The notes under the pieces were generated by a model. It was not told the DNA's origin and did not search any database. It saw only the letters and a list, made by a program, of their open reading frames with translations. From contig CAVXJS010000011.1 in assembly GCA_963762145.1 (NCBI GenBank), positions 768,001 to 832,000 on the forward strand: a stretch of 64,000 nucleotides of DNA, given 5' to 3'. Position numbers and translations under genes: made by a program. This document shows, piece after piece, positions 54,110-63,287 of the stretch (positions are counted from its first letter, which is position 1; each line of letters starts with the position of its first letter). Source of the stretch: an uncultured Candidatus Rokubacteria bacterium (lineage in GTDB: Bacteria > Methylomirabilota > Methylomirabilia > Rokubacteriales > CSP1-6).

Positions 54110-55342
54110 GTGACCGCGCTGTCAGCCGTCCTCCGCAAGATCGACGCGGACGAGGTCGTGGAGCTGACCCGCTCGCTCGTCCGCATCCCCAGCGTCTATC
54201 GTCCCGGCGACCCCGAGGCGACCGAGGCGCGCGTGGCCGCCTTCGTCGAGACCTGGTTCCGGCGCGAGGGCTTCCAGGTGGAGGTGCAGCAGGTCGCACC
54301 CGGCCGTCCGAACGTCATCGGCTCACTCGGCGAGAAGCGGGCCGGGGGCCGGAGCCTGCTGCTCGAGGGTCACACCGACGTGGTGACCGAAGGCGATCCG
54401 GCCGAGTGGTCGCACCCGCCGTTCGGCGCCGACATGGTGGACGGTCGCATCTACGGTCGCGGCACCGCCGACATGAAGAGCGGGCTGGCCGCGGCCATGG
54501 TCGCGGCCGCCGCGTTCAAGCGGGCCGGAGTCGCGCTGCGGGGCAAGCTGGTGGTCGGCGCCCTCGTGGACGAGGAAGACGGCATGATCGGTGTCCGTCA
54601 CCTCTGCGGCACCGCGGTGGGCCGCGAGCTGGACGCCGCCATCATCTGCGAGCCGGAGGAGAACGAGCTCTGTCTCGAGCAGCGGGGTGTGGTCTGGGCG
54701 CGTTTCCGCGTCCGCGGCAAGATGGCGCACGGGGCCATGCCCCAGGCGGGCGTCAACCCGATCGCGGGCCTCGGGCGGCTGCTGGCCGCGGCGCCCGGGC
54801 TCGAGCGACGCCTCCGGAAGGCCTGCGAGAAGAGTCGGTACCTCAAGCCGCCGACGGTGACGCCGACCATCATCCAGGGGCCGCCCCCCGGCGTGGGGGT
54901 GCCGCAGTCCAATGTCATCCCCGCGCTGGCCGAGACCACGTTCGACATCCGGCTGACCCCGGGCATTGGCGCCGACGGCATCCGAGCGGAGCTCGAGGCG
55001 ATCTGCCGGGACGCCGCCGCGGCCCAGCCCGGGATCAAGGTGGAGTGGGAGCCGGTCAACGCCTTCCGCCTGGCCACCAAGGTGGACCGCTCCGAGGCCC
55101 TGGTGGCGGCGATGGTTCGCGGGGTCAAGCAGGCGACCCGCCGGGCCGCCAAGTACGGCGGGGTGCCGGGCTCGACGGACGGCACGATCCTCCGGATGGA
55201 GCTGGGGATTCCGATCGTGACGTGTGGGCCTGGGGACCGCCTGATTCCCCACCAGGTCGATGAGTTTGTCAGAGCCGAAGAAGTGGTCGAGGCGGCGAAG
55301 ATTTACGCCGCATCGGCTCTGAACTACCTCGAAGCCGAGTGA
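54110..55342 (+). CDS. M20 family deacylase/peptidase (ArgE/DapE-like)
   Basis: GHTDVV, GRGTADMKSG, DEE, CEP and HQVDE. Confidence 0.9.
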   Translation: MTALSAVLRKIDADEVVELTRSLVRIPSVYRPGDPEATEARVAAFVETWFRREGFQVEVQQVAPGRPNVIGSLGEKRAGGRSLLLEGHTDVVTEGDPAEWSHPPFGADMVDGRIYGRGTADMKSGLAAAMVAAAAFKRAGVALRGKLVVGALVDEEDGMIGVRHLCGTAVGRELDAAIICEPEENELCLEQRGVVWARFRVRGKMAHGAMPQAGVNPIAGLGRLLAAAPGLERRLRKACEKSRYLKPPTVTPTIIQGPPPGVGVPQSNVIPALAETTFDIRLTPGIGADGIRAELEAICRDAAAAQPGIKVEWEPVNAFRLATKVDRSEALVAAMVRGVKQATRRAAKYGGVPGSTDGTILRMELGIPIVTCGPGDRLIPHQVDEFVRAEEVVEAAKIYAASALNYLEAE

Positions 55343-56646
55343 CCCGCACCGGCCACCCGAGGCTCCGGGCCCTCGAGGCCTTCCCCGTCGAGCAGCAAGG
55401 ACAGCGCTGCGTGGCGCTGCGGGATCCCGCCGGCTTCACCGATCAGATCGCCGTGCTCCCACCGCCTCTGCTGGACCTGGTCTCGCTCTTCGATGGGGAG
55501 CATTCGATCGAGGAGATCCGGGAGATCCTGCGGCGCCGGCACGGCAAGGCGCCCACGCTCGAGCAGGTCACCGACGTCGTCGAGCGGTTCGACGCGGCCG
55601 GGTTTCTCGACAGCGAGGGGTTCCGGCAGCGTCGGCGGGCGCTCGAGAATGCCTTCCGCCAGAGTCCGGTCCGTCCCGCGGCCCACGCCGGCGGTGCCTA
55701 TGCGGGCGACGCGGCGGGACTTCGGGCGCAGATCGATGGGTTCTTTACCGCGGCGGACGGGCCGGGACGTGGTGGCAACGGTGACTTCATTACTTATCCG
55801 GTCGCCTCGCCTTCGGCTGCGGCTCCCCAAGCCACTCCTGCGGCTCCCCAGGCCACTGCGGCTCCGTGGTCTCGGACTCGGGCTTTGATTGCGCCGCATA
55901 TTGATTTCCATCGGGGGGGCTCGACCTACGCGTGGGCGTACCGGGAGGTCCTCGAGCGCTCCGACGCCGATCTCTACGTCGTGCTGGGTACCTGTCACGC
56001 GGGGATGCCCGATCCGTTCGCGGTGACCCTCAAGCCGTACGAGACGCCGCTCGGCGCCGTTCCGGTGGACCGGGAGTTCTACGAGGCGCTCAACCGGCGG
56101 GCGGGGCAGGACCTGCTGGCCTCCGAGCCGGCCCATCGCACGGAGCACTCGATCGAGTTCCAGGCGGTGATGCTCCAGCACATCGTCGGGCCGCGCCGTT
56201 CCTTCGCCATCCTGCCGGTGCTCGCCTCGTACCTGCACGAATCGCTGTGGAGCGGCGGCGATCCCGAGGCGGATGCTCGGATCCCGCGCTTCCTGGACGC
56301 GCTGCGGGAGACGATGGCGGCGTCCTCGCGCCGGGTGTGCCTGGTCGCGGGGGTGGACCTGGCCCACGTGGGGCCCCGGTTCGGCGATGGCGAGCCCAAC
56401 AGCGCGGCGTCCCTGGCACGGGTCGAGCGGGACGACCGCGCCATGCTGGAATCGGTGGTGGGAGTGGATCCGCGAGGCTTCTACGGCGGGATCGCCGCCG
56501 ACCACGACGCCCGCCGCATCTGCGGCCTCTCGCCGATCTACACCCTGCTGCGGCTCCTGCCGGAAGCCCCGGGCCGCCTGGTGCGGTATACGCAGTGGCC
56601 GGATCCGCAGGGCGCGGTGACCTTCTGCGCGGTGGCCTATCCATGA
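55339..56646 (+). CDS. AmmeMemoRadiSam protein B (Memo) with N-terminal PqqD/RRE-like domain
   Basis: APHID, GTCH, EHSIEFQ, DLAHVG and ICG. Confidence 0.85.
   Translation: MTRTGHPRLRALEAFPVEQQGQRCVALRDPAGFTDQIAVLPPPLLDLVSLFDGEHSIEEIREILRRRHGKAPTLEQVTDVVERFDAAGFLDSEGFRQRRRALENAFRQSPVRPAAHAGGAYAGDAAGLRAQIDGFFTAADGPGRGGNGDFITYPVASPSAAAPQATPAAPQATAAPWSRTRALIAPHIDFHRGGSTYAWAYREVLERSDADLYVVLGTCHAGMPDPFAVTLKPYETPLGAVPVDREFYEALNRRAGQDLLASEPAHRTEHSIEFQAVMLQHIVGPRRSFAILPVLASYLHESLWSGGDPEADARIPRFLDALRETMAASSRRVCLVAGVDLAHVGPRFGDGEPNSAASLARVERDDRAMLESVVGVDPRGFYGGIAADHDARRICGLSPIYTLLRLLPEAPGRLVRYTQWPDPQGAVTFCAVAYP
55795..55865 (-). repeat. In-frame hairpin element (34 nt, minus orientation) with short tandem derivatives
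   Basis: Reverse complement of 55795-55828 matches 62475-62508 at 30/34; GCGGCTCC(CCA.GCCACT) recurs at 21- and 18-nt periods. Confidence 0.8.
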
Positions 56647-57137
56647 GCCCGAGCCCCACGCCCGATCCCTCGACCTGGACCCTGCCGAAGCTGCGCATCG
56701 ACCGCGACGGCGTCTGGTTCCACGACGACGCCGAGGTCACGCACCCCGGCATCGTCGCCAACCTGCGCGACAACCTCCGCGTGGACGAGCGCGGCCACTA
56801 TCTGCAGATCGGTCCGGCGCGGGTCCCGGTGGAGGTGGAGGACGCGCCGTACGTCGTCGAGCGCGTCGAGGCGCAGGGCGAGGGTCTCACCGCCACGCTG
56901 AACGACCTGACGCGGGAGCCGGTGGCCCTCGACACCCTCCGCGTGGACGAGCGGGGCATCCCGCGCTGCCGCGTCAAGGAGGGCCGGTTCGACGCGCGCC
57001 TGAGCCGGGCCGCGACCTATCAGCTCCTCCAGCAGGTGCAGCCCGACGAGGGGACCGGCCGGTCCAGCCTCGTCCTCGGCGGGCGGCGCTACCCGGTGCC
57101 GGGCCTCTCGGCGGAGGGCTCCGGCCCCGGCGGGTAG
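56643..57137 (+). CDS. DUF1285-like protein
   Basis: LRIDRDGVWFH, VEVEDAPY and ARLSRA..YQL. Confidence 0.7.
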   Translation: MSPSPTPDPSTWTLPKLRIDRDGVWFHDDAEVTHPGIVANLRDNLRVDERGHYLQIGPARVPVEVEDAPYVVERVEAQGEGLTATLNDLTREPVALDTLRVDERGIPRCRVKEGRFDARLSRAATYQLLQQVQPDEGTGRSSLVLGGRRYPVPGLSAEGSGPGG

Positions 57138-57682
57138 GCGGAGAGCCCGCGCAGCCCGGCCTCGTCGCCCGCCGCGATGAGCCGGTGCAGGGGACCGTTC
57201 TCCCGCCAGGCCTGGCAGGTGTTGACGAACCACGGCGCGCCCTCGGCGGGCCGCTCGTAGTCCGCGAAGGCGACGCCCGCCCCCTGGCGCACCGCCGGGG
57301 CGACCGCGTGGATCAGGGCGGTGAAGTGGGCGCAGCCGCGCTGCCGGCCGAAGCGCTCGTTGATCTCCCGCGTGAAGCCCCGGGAGATTGACAGGCCGAC
57401 GAGCTGCTGGAGTGGCGGCAGCGCGTCCGGACAGATCGTGTAGGGATGCGAGGCCATCTCGCTGCGCGCCTCGGTGATCACCAGGTCGGGATGGCGCACC
57501 CGCAGGCCCAGACGCATGTCGTGGATCACCCTCGGCGGCTCGGCACCGAACCAGAGCGGGTTGTCGTGAGGTCGCTCGTCCACCAGCGTCGCGGTGATCT
57601 CGAGCTCGTGCGCGCCCGCCCGCGCGATCTCGACGCGGATGGTCCTGACGTGCACCGGCGGGGTCTTCGTCTCCTCGGTCAT
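57089..57682 (-). CDS. DUF2889 family protein
   Basis: HVRTI, IHDM, PYTICP, GCAHF and NTCQAW. Confidence 0.75.
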   Translation of the reverse strand: MTEETKTPPVHVRTIRVEIARAGAHELEITATLVDERPHDNPLWFGAEPPRVIHDMRLGLRVRHPDLVITEARSEMASHPYTICPDALPPLQQLVGLSISRGFTREINERFGRQRGCAHFTALIHAVAPAVRQGAGVAFADYERPAEGAPWFVNTCQAWRENGPLHRLIAAGDEAGLRGLSAYPPGPEPSAERPGTG

Positions 57683-58470
57683 GGCGCGGCCGCGACCTCC
57701 TTGAGGGCTTCGAGCAAGTCGGAATGGATCGGGCCGTTCGAGGCCGCGATGGTGGGCGCCGCCAGGTCGAGCGGGCCCCCGTGCACCGCGGTCACGGTGC
57801 CGCCCGCCTCGCGGATCAGCAGCGCGCCCGCGGCGATGTCCCAGGCGCCCAGGCGCTGCTCCCAGTAGCCGTCGAGCCGCCCGGCCGCGACCGCGGCGAG
57901 CCCGAGCGCGGCGGAGCCCAGCGAGCGCACGCTACGGCAGCGCCGGATGAGGGCGGCGTGCTCGGCGAGATTGTTGCGCGGAGCGGCCAGGAGATCGTTC
58001 GGGTAGCTCGTGCCGAGCAGGCTCAGGCCGAGCGCGGGGGTCGCGGAGACGCGCAGGGGCGCGCCGTTCAGGGTGGCCCCGCGCCCGCGCTCGGCCACGA
58101 AGCATTCGTCCCGGCTGGGATCGTAGAGAACGCCGACGGCCAGCTCGCCGTCCAGCTCGAGCGCGATCGACACGCAGTAGATCGGCAGCCCGTGGGCGTA
58201 GTTGGTGGTGCCGTCGAGCGGGTCCACGATCCAGCGACACGGCTCGGTCCCACCGCGCGCGCCGCTCTCCTCGGCGAGGACGGCGTGCCCCGGAAACCGG
58301 GCCCGGATGGCGTCGAGGATGATCGCCTCGGCGCCCTGGTCCATCTCGGTGACGAGATTGGTGGGGCTGCCCTTGTAGCTGATGTCGTGCCGAGCGCCGA
58401 AGCCGGATCGGAGGAACGCGCCGGCCTGGAGAGCCGCCTCCACGGCGACGTCGCGGAAGGAATCGCTCAC
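57679..58470 (-). CDS. suhB: Inositol monophosphatase family protein
   Basis: WIVDPLDGTTNY, GSAAL and WDIAAG. Confidence 0.9.
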   Translation of the reverse strand: MSDSFRDVAVEAALQAGAFLRSGFGARHDISYKGSPTNLVTEMDQGAEAIILDAIRARFPGHAVLAEESGARGGTEPCRWIVDPLDGTTNYAHGLPIYCVSIALELDGELAVGVLYDPSRDECFVAERGRGATLNGAPLRVSATPALGLSLLGTSYPNDLLAAPRNNLAEHAALIRRCRSVRSLGSAALGLAAVAAGRLDGYWEQRLGAWDIAAGALLIREAGGTVTAVHGGPLDLAAPTIAASNGPIHSDLLEALKEVAAAP

Positions 58471-58532
58471 GGGGATCCAGGATACCACGGCGCTGCTTGA
58501 CAACCCGGCGGCCCTCTCGCAGCATGGCGCGC

Positions 58533-59465
58533 ATGCGCATCGTGGTGATGGGGTCGGGCGGGACCGGCGGATTCTTCGGCGCCAAGCTGGCGCGAGCGGG
58601 TGAGGACGTGACCTTCGTGGCGCGTGGCGCGCACCTGGCCGCGCTCCGCGCGGACGGCGTGCGGGTCAGGTCCGCGATCGAAGGCGAGTGGACGGTGCGG
58701 GCGCCCGCGGTGGAGCGTCTGGACGGGCTGCCGCCCGCCGACGTGGTGCTCTTCTGCGTGAAGTCCTTCGATACGGAGGAAGCCGCCGCGCTGATCCGTC
58801 CGGTCGTCGGCCCCGACACCGGCGTGCTCTCGATCCAGAACGGGGTGGACAACGAGGAGAAGCTCGGACGCGTCCTCGGCGCCGGCCACGTGCTGGGCGG
58901 CGCGGTCCGGGTGTTCGCCACCATCGAGGCGCCGGGTGTCATCCGGCACGTCTTCGGCGGACATCTCGCCTTCGGCGAGATGGACGGCCGCGAGACCGAG
59001 CGCGCCCGGGCCCTGCTGGCCGCGTGCCAGAAGGCGTCCATTCCGGTGGAGCTCGTCGGTGATGTGACCCGCACCCTCTGGGACAAGTACGTGTTCCTGA
59101 CCACCCACGCCGGGATGACCGCGCTGACCCGCTGCTCGGCGGGGGTGCTGCGGGCGATTCCGGAGGTGCGAGAGGTCTACCGTCGGATCGCGACCGAGAT
59201 CATCGCGGTCGGAAGAGCCGCCGGGGTGAAGCTCGACGACTCGATGCTGGAGCAGGGGTTCAAGTTCCTCGACACGGTGGCGCCGGACGCGTTCTCGTCG
59301 CTCCACCACGACCTGACGCACGGCAAGCGGCTCGAGCTGGATGCCCTCCACGGCCACGTGGTGCGGCTGGCCGAGCGCCACCGCGTGCCCGCGCCCACCG
59401 TCTTCGCGATCTACGCGGCGCTGCTCCCGTATCGGGACGGCGCTCCCGCCACTCCCGCGCGCTAG
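58533..59465 (+). CDS. panE: 2-dehydropantoate 2-reductase
   Basis: GSGGTGG, VKSFD, QNG, WDK and SSLHHDL..GKRLE. Confidence 0.88.
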   Translation: MRIVVMGSGGTGGFFGAKLARAGEDVTFVARGAHLAALRADGVRVRSAIEGEWTVRAPAVERLDGLPPADVVLFCVKSFDTEEAAALIRPVVGPDTGVLSIQNGVDNEEKLGRVLGAGHVLGGAVRVFATIEAPGVIRHVFGGHLAFGEMDGRETERARALLAACQKASIPVELVGDVTRTLWDKYVFLTTHAGMTALTRCSAGVLRAIPEVREVYRRIATEIIAVGRAAGVKLDDSMLEQGFKFLDTVAPDAFSSLHHDLTHGKRLELDALHGHVVRLAERHRVPAPTVFAIYAALLPYRDGAPATPAR

Positions 59466-59526
59466 CGCGGGCGGTCGTGCCTTCGCCCGGACTGGCGTCG
59501 GCGCGCGCCTGGTCTATACTGACTCG

Positions 59527-61386
59527 GTGTCGTCGCTCAGACGTCTCCTGCCGTATCTGGCTCGCTACCGGCTCCGCTATCTCGGGGGCGTCGCCTGCCT
59601 CCTGCTCGCCACCGCGTTCTCGCTGAGTATCCCCTGGACGGTGAAGAGCGCGGTGGACGCCCTCGAGCGGGACGGCGCCGCCGCCCGGATCGCGCCCTTC
59701 GTGCTCCTGATCCTGGCCCTGGCCGCGGCGCACGGCGCGGCGCGCCTCGGGTCGCGCTTCGCCATGCTGGGCGCCGGGCAGTGGGTGGAGCACGACATCC
59801 GCGCGGACCTCTATGCGCGGCTCCTCGCCCTGCCGGCCGCGTTCTATCACCGGCACCGGACCGGCGATCTCATGTCGCGCGTGTCCAACGACATCTCCAC
59901 CCTGCGGGCGCTGGCCGGGTTCGGCACCGTGATGCTCATCGGCACCACGCTCGCCTTCGGGGGCGCGCTGACCGCGATGTGGCTCATCGACCCGTGGCTC
60001 ACCCTGTTCGCGACGGCGCCGTTCCCCGCGCTCGTGATCATCGCGCGGCGCTTTCACCACGACACGGAGGTGCGCTCCACCGCGGTGCAGGAGCAGCTCG
60101 GCGCGCTCTCCGCCAAGGTCCAGGAGAATCTGAGCGGCATGCCGGTGGTGCGCGCGTACACCATGGAGGCCCGCGAGATGGCCGAGTTCGAGCGGCTCAA
60201 CGCGGAGTACCTCGCCCGCAACATGGCCCTGGCACGGATCCAGTCCGTGTCATGGCCGCTGATGGGGCTCGTCTCGGGCCTCGGCGTGCTGATCGTGATA
60301 TGGCTCGGCGGCAAGGCGGTGGTGGACGGCCGCATCTCGCTCGGGGACTTCGTGGCCTTCAACGGCTACCTCACCCAGCTCGCCTGGCCCACCATCGCGC
60401 TGGGCTGGACGCTGGCCAATATCCAGCGCGGCCTGGCCGCCATGGCGCGCGTGACCGAGGTGCTCGACGAGCGGGGCCACGACGGCGTGGCGGCGCGCCC
60501 GCATGATGGGTTGGACGACGGGCTGTCTGCGGAGGGTCCGGAACGGTCATCAGCCGACTGGGGGAGTGCGGGGGCCATTTCTGGGCCCCCGCATATGAAG
60601 AAGAGCGCGCCAGAACAAGCTCCCAGCCTCCTGCCCGGCGGATCGGTCGAGTTCAGGGGCTTGACCTTCGCCTACGACGGCGACCGGGGTCCCGTGCTGC
60701 GCGACGTGTCGTTCGGGGTGGCCGCGGGGGCGGTGGTGGCGGTCGTGGGGCCGACGGGCAGCGGCAAGTCGACGCTGGGCGCGCTGCTGTGCCGCCTCTA
60801 CGAGCCGCCGCGCGGGACGGTGTGGGTCGGGGGCCAGGACGTGCTCGACCTGCCGCTCGGCCGGCTCCGGCGGTCGGTGGGTTACGTGCCGCAGGAGTCC
60901 TTCCTCTTCTCCCGCCCGCTCCGCGACAACGTGCGGCTGGCCGACGAGAGCGCGGGCCCGGAGCGACTGGAGGCCGTGGCCCGGACCGCGGGACTGACGG
61001 ACGATCTGGGGGCGCTGCCCCGCGGCTGGGACACGGTCGTCGGCGAGCGCGGGCTCACGCTCTCGGGCGGCCAGCGGCAGCGCGTGGCGCTGGCGCGTGC
61101 GCTGGTGGCGGATCCGCCGTTCCTCGTCCTGGACGACGTGCTGGCCTCGGTGGACGCGGCCAAGGAATGGGAGATCACCCGTGCGCTGCGGGGAGCCGCC
61201 AGCGGCCGGACCACCTTGCTGATGACCCATCGTCTGAAGGCGGCCGCCGAGGCGGACGCCATCGTGGTGCTCGAGGAGGGCCGCGTGGTCGAGCAGGGTC
61301 GCCACGCCGACCTCCTGGCCGCCGGCGGCCTCTACGCCCGCCTCTGGCGAGTTCAGCAGCTGGAGGACGAGCTCGCCAGTGCGTGA
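59527..61386 (+). CDS. Heterodimeric ABC exporter subunit 1 (MdlA-like)
   Basis: RTGDLMSR TMD, GPTGSGKS, LSGGQRQR and degenerate LDD Walker B. Confidence 0.92.
   Translation: MSSLRRLLPYLARYRLRYLGGVACLLLATAFSLSIPWTVKSAVDALERDGAAARIAPFVLLILALAAAHGAARLGSRFAMLGAGQWVEHDIRADLYARLLALPAAFYHRHRTGDLMSRVSNDISTLRALAGFGTVMLIGTTLAFGGALTAMWLIDPWLTLFATAPFPALVIIARRFHHDTEVRSTAVQEQLGALSAKVQENLSGMPVVRAYTMEAREMAEFERLNAEYLARNMALARIQSVSWPLMGLVSGLGVLIVIWLGGKAVVDGRISLGDFVAFNGYLTQLAWPTIALGWTLANIQRGLAAMARVTEVLDERGHDGVAARPHDGLDDGLSAEGPERSSADWGSAGAISGPPHMKKSAPEQAPSLLPGGSVEFRGLTFAYDGDRGPVLRDVSFGVAAGAVVAVVGPTGSGKSTLGALLCRLYEPPRGTVWVGGQDVLDLPLGRLRRSVGYVPQESFLFSRPLRDNVRLADESAGPERLEAVARTAGLTDDLGALPRGWDTVVGERGLTLSGGQRQRVALARALVADPPFLVLDDVLASVDAAKEWEITRALRGAASGRTTLLMTHRLKAAAEADAIVVLEEGRVVEQGRHADLLAAGGLYARLWRVQQLEDELASA
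60567..60593. repeat. In-frame perfect hairpin in the TMD-NBD linker
   Basis: TGCGGGGGCC-ATTTCTG-GGCCCCCGCA inside an A/T-richer segment (about 60500-60630). Confidence 0.7.
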
Positions 61387-63287
61387 ATTCCATGCGTGAG
61401 CCCGAGCAGGAAGACGAGGTTCTCGGCAAGGCGTACGACGCGCGCCTGATGGGGCGCCTGTGGGCGTTCACGCGGCCGCACCTGCGCCTCGTCCTCGCGA
61501 CGTGCGCGCTCTTCCCCGCGGTGGCGCTGCTGGAGCTGTCGCAGCCGTACCTGATCAAGATCGCGATCGACGACTACATCCTGCGGAGCGACTGGGCGGG
61601 GCTCGGCGGGGTGGCGGCGCTGTTCCTGCTGGTCCTCGTTGTCCTCTACGCGCTGCGGGCGACGCAGGCCTACCTCACCCAGCTCACCGGCCAGCGCGTC
61701 ATCCACGATCTGCGCGCGGCGCTGTTCGCGCATCTCCAGCGCCAGGACGCGCGCTTCTACGATCGGAGCCCGGTCGGGCGGCTGATGACCCGGGTCCTGA
61801 ACGACGGGGAGGCGATCCAGGAGCTGTTCACCAGCGGAGCCGTAGCGCTCCTGGGAGACGTGGTCGTCCTCACCGGCGTCGTCGTGATCATGCTGGGGAT
61901 GAACTGGAAGCTGGCCCTCGTCACGTTCGCGCTGGTGCCCCTGCTGGTGCTCGCCGCGGTGTACTTCCGGGTGCGCGCGCGGGACAGCTATCGGGTGGTC
62001 CGGACGCGTCTGGCCCGGATGAACGCATTCCTTCAGGAATCGCTCCAGGGCATGAGCGTGATCCAGCTCTTCGCGCGCGAGGCCCGGGAGCGCGAGACGT
62101 TCGCGCAGCTCTCCGGCGCGCTGCGTGCCGGCCAGTTCCGCTCGACGTTCTACGACGCCTCCCTCTACGCCACGGTGGAGGCCCTGGGCTCGGCCGCGGT
62201 GGCCCTCCTGCTCTGGTACGGGGGCGGGCAGGTGGTGACCGGGGCGCTCACCTTCGGGGGCCTGGTGGCCTTCCTCGAGTACACCGGCCGCTTCTTTCTC
62301 CCGATCCGGGACCTGGGCGCCAAGTACACGGTCATGCAGGCCGCCATGGTCTCGGCCGAGCGCATCTTCGCCCTCCTGGACACCCACCCGTCGATCACCT
62401 CGCCCGCCCGAAACGGTAGCCCAGGCATGCAGTTGCAGGGTGAGGCGCAGCCGAAGGCGAGCCGGTCTGTGCCTGGTGAGGCGCAGCCGAAGGCGAGCCG
62501 AGCGGATACAAGAAAGGAAGCTACGGGAGCAACTCCACCAACCCCAGCGGCGGCGGTGGAGTTTCGCAACGTCTGGTTCGCGTACGAGGGCGAGGAGTGG
62601 GTCCTCCGCGACTGCTCCTTCACGCTCGCCCCCGGCGAGCGCGTCGCGCTGGTCGGCCCCACCGGCGAGGGCAAGACCACGATCGCGCGCCTCATGACCC
62701 GGTCCTACGACGTCACGCGCGGCCGGGTGCTGGTGAACGGCGTGGACGTGCGCGAGTGGGATCTCCACTCGCTGCGCCGGCACGTGGGGCTGGTGCCGCA
62801 GGAGGTGTTCCTCTTCTCCGGCACCGTCGAGGACAACCTGCGGCTGGCCGGCAACGGCGCCACGGACCGTGCGGCGATCGAGCGCGCGCTCGCCGCCGCG
62901 AACGCGGAGCGCTTCGTGGCCGCGCTGCCGCGCGGGCTCGGCGAGGAGCTGCGCGAGCGCGGCGTCAATCTCTCGCAGGGGCAGCGTCAGCTGCTGGCCA
63001 TCGCCCGTGCCATCATCTATAATCCACGCGTTCTCGCGCTGGACGAGGCGACCTCCAGCATCGATCCGGAAGCGGAGGCGCAGGTGCGGATCGGTCTCGC
63101 GCGATTGCTGGAGGGACGCACGAGCCTCGTCATCGCGCATCGGCTGTCCACGATCCAGCGGGCGGATCGTATTCTCGTCCTGCACCGCGGAGAGATCCGG
63201 GAGGCGGGCGCGCACGCGGCGCTGCTCGCGCAGGGGGGGCTCTACGCGCGCCTGTACGAGCTCCAGTTCGGACTGGGGCGGGGTTGA
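61383..63287 (+). CDS. Heterodimeric ABC exporter subunit 2 (MdlB-like)
   Basis: GKAYDARL, PVGRLMTR, GPTGEGKT, LSQGQ, LDEATS and AHRLSTI. Confidence 0.92.
   Translation: MNSMREPEQEDEVLGKAYDARLMGRLWAFTRPHLRLVLATCALFPAVALLELSQPYLIKIAIDDYILRSDWAGLGGVAALFLLVLVVLYALRATQAYLTQLTGQRVIHDLRAALFAHLQRQDARFYDRSPVGRLMTRVLNDGEAIQELFTSGAVALLGDVVVLTGVVVIMLGMNWKLALVTFALVPLLVLAAVYFRVRARDSYRVVRTRLARMNAFLQESLQGMSVIQLFAREARERETFAQLSGALRAGQFRSTFYDASLYATVEALGSAAVALLLWYGGGQVVTGALTFGGLVAFLEYTGRFFLPIRDLGAKYTVMQAAMVSAERIFALLDTHPSITSPARNGSPGMQLQGEAQPKASRSVPGEAQPKASRADTRKEATGATPPTPAAAVEFRNVWFAYEGEEWVLRDCSFTLAPGERVALVGPTGEGKTTIARLMTRSYDVTRGRVLVNGVDVREWDLHSLRRHVGLVPQEVFLFSGTVEDNLRLAGNGATDRAAIERALAAANAERFVAALPRGLGEELRERGVNLSQGQRQLLAIARAIIYNPRVLALDEATSSIDPEAEAQVRIGLARLLEGRTSLVIAHRLSTIQRADRILVLHRGEIREAGAHAALLAQGGLYARLYELQFGLGRG
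62439..62508 (+). repeat. Two in-frame copies of a hairpin element, 36-nt period
   Basis: GGTGAGGCGCAGCCGAAGGCGAGCCG at 62439-62464 and 62475-62500, encoding GEAQPKASR twice. Confidence 0.85.

Noticed and set aside
61125-61160. LDD Walker B and the partner's LSQGQ signature as inactivation
   Set aside because: Normal degenerate site of heterodimeric ABC exporters
62439-62508. Mini CRISPR array
   Set aside because: Only two copies, a 10-nt spacer, inside a CDS, and no cas genes
63018-63023. TATAAT inside the ABC gene as an internal promoter
   Set aside because: Encodes a plausible YN dipeptide, with no -35 or TG extension; insufficient support
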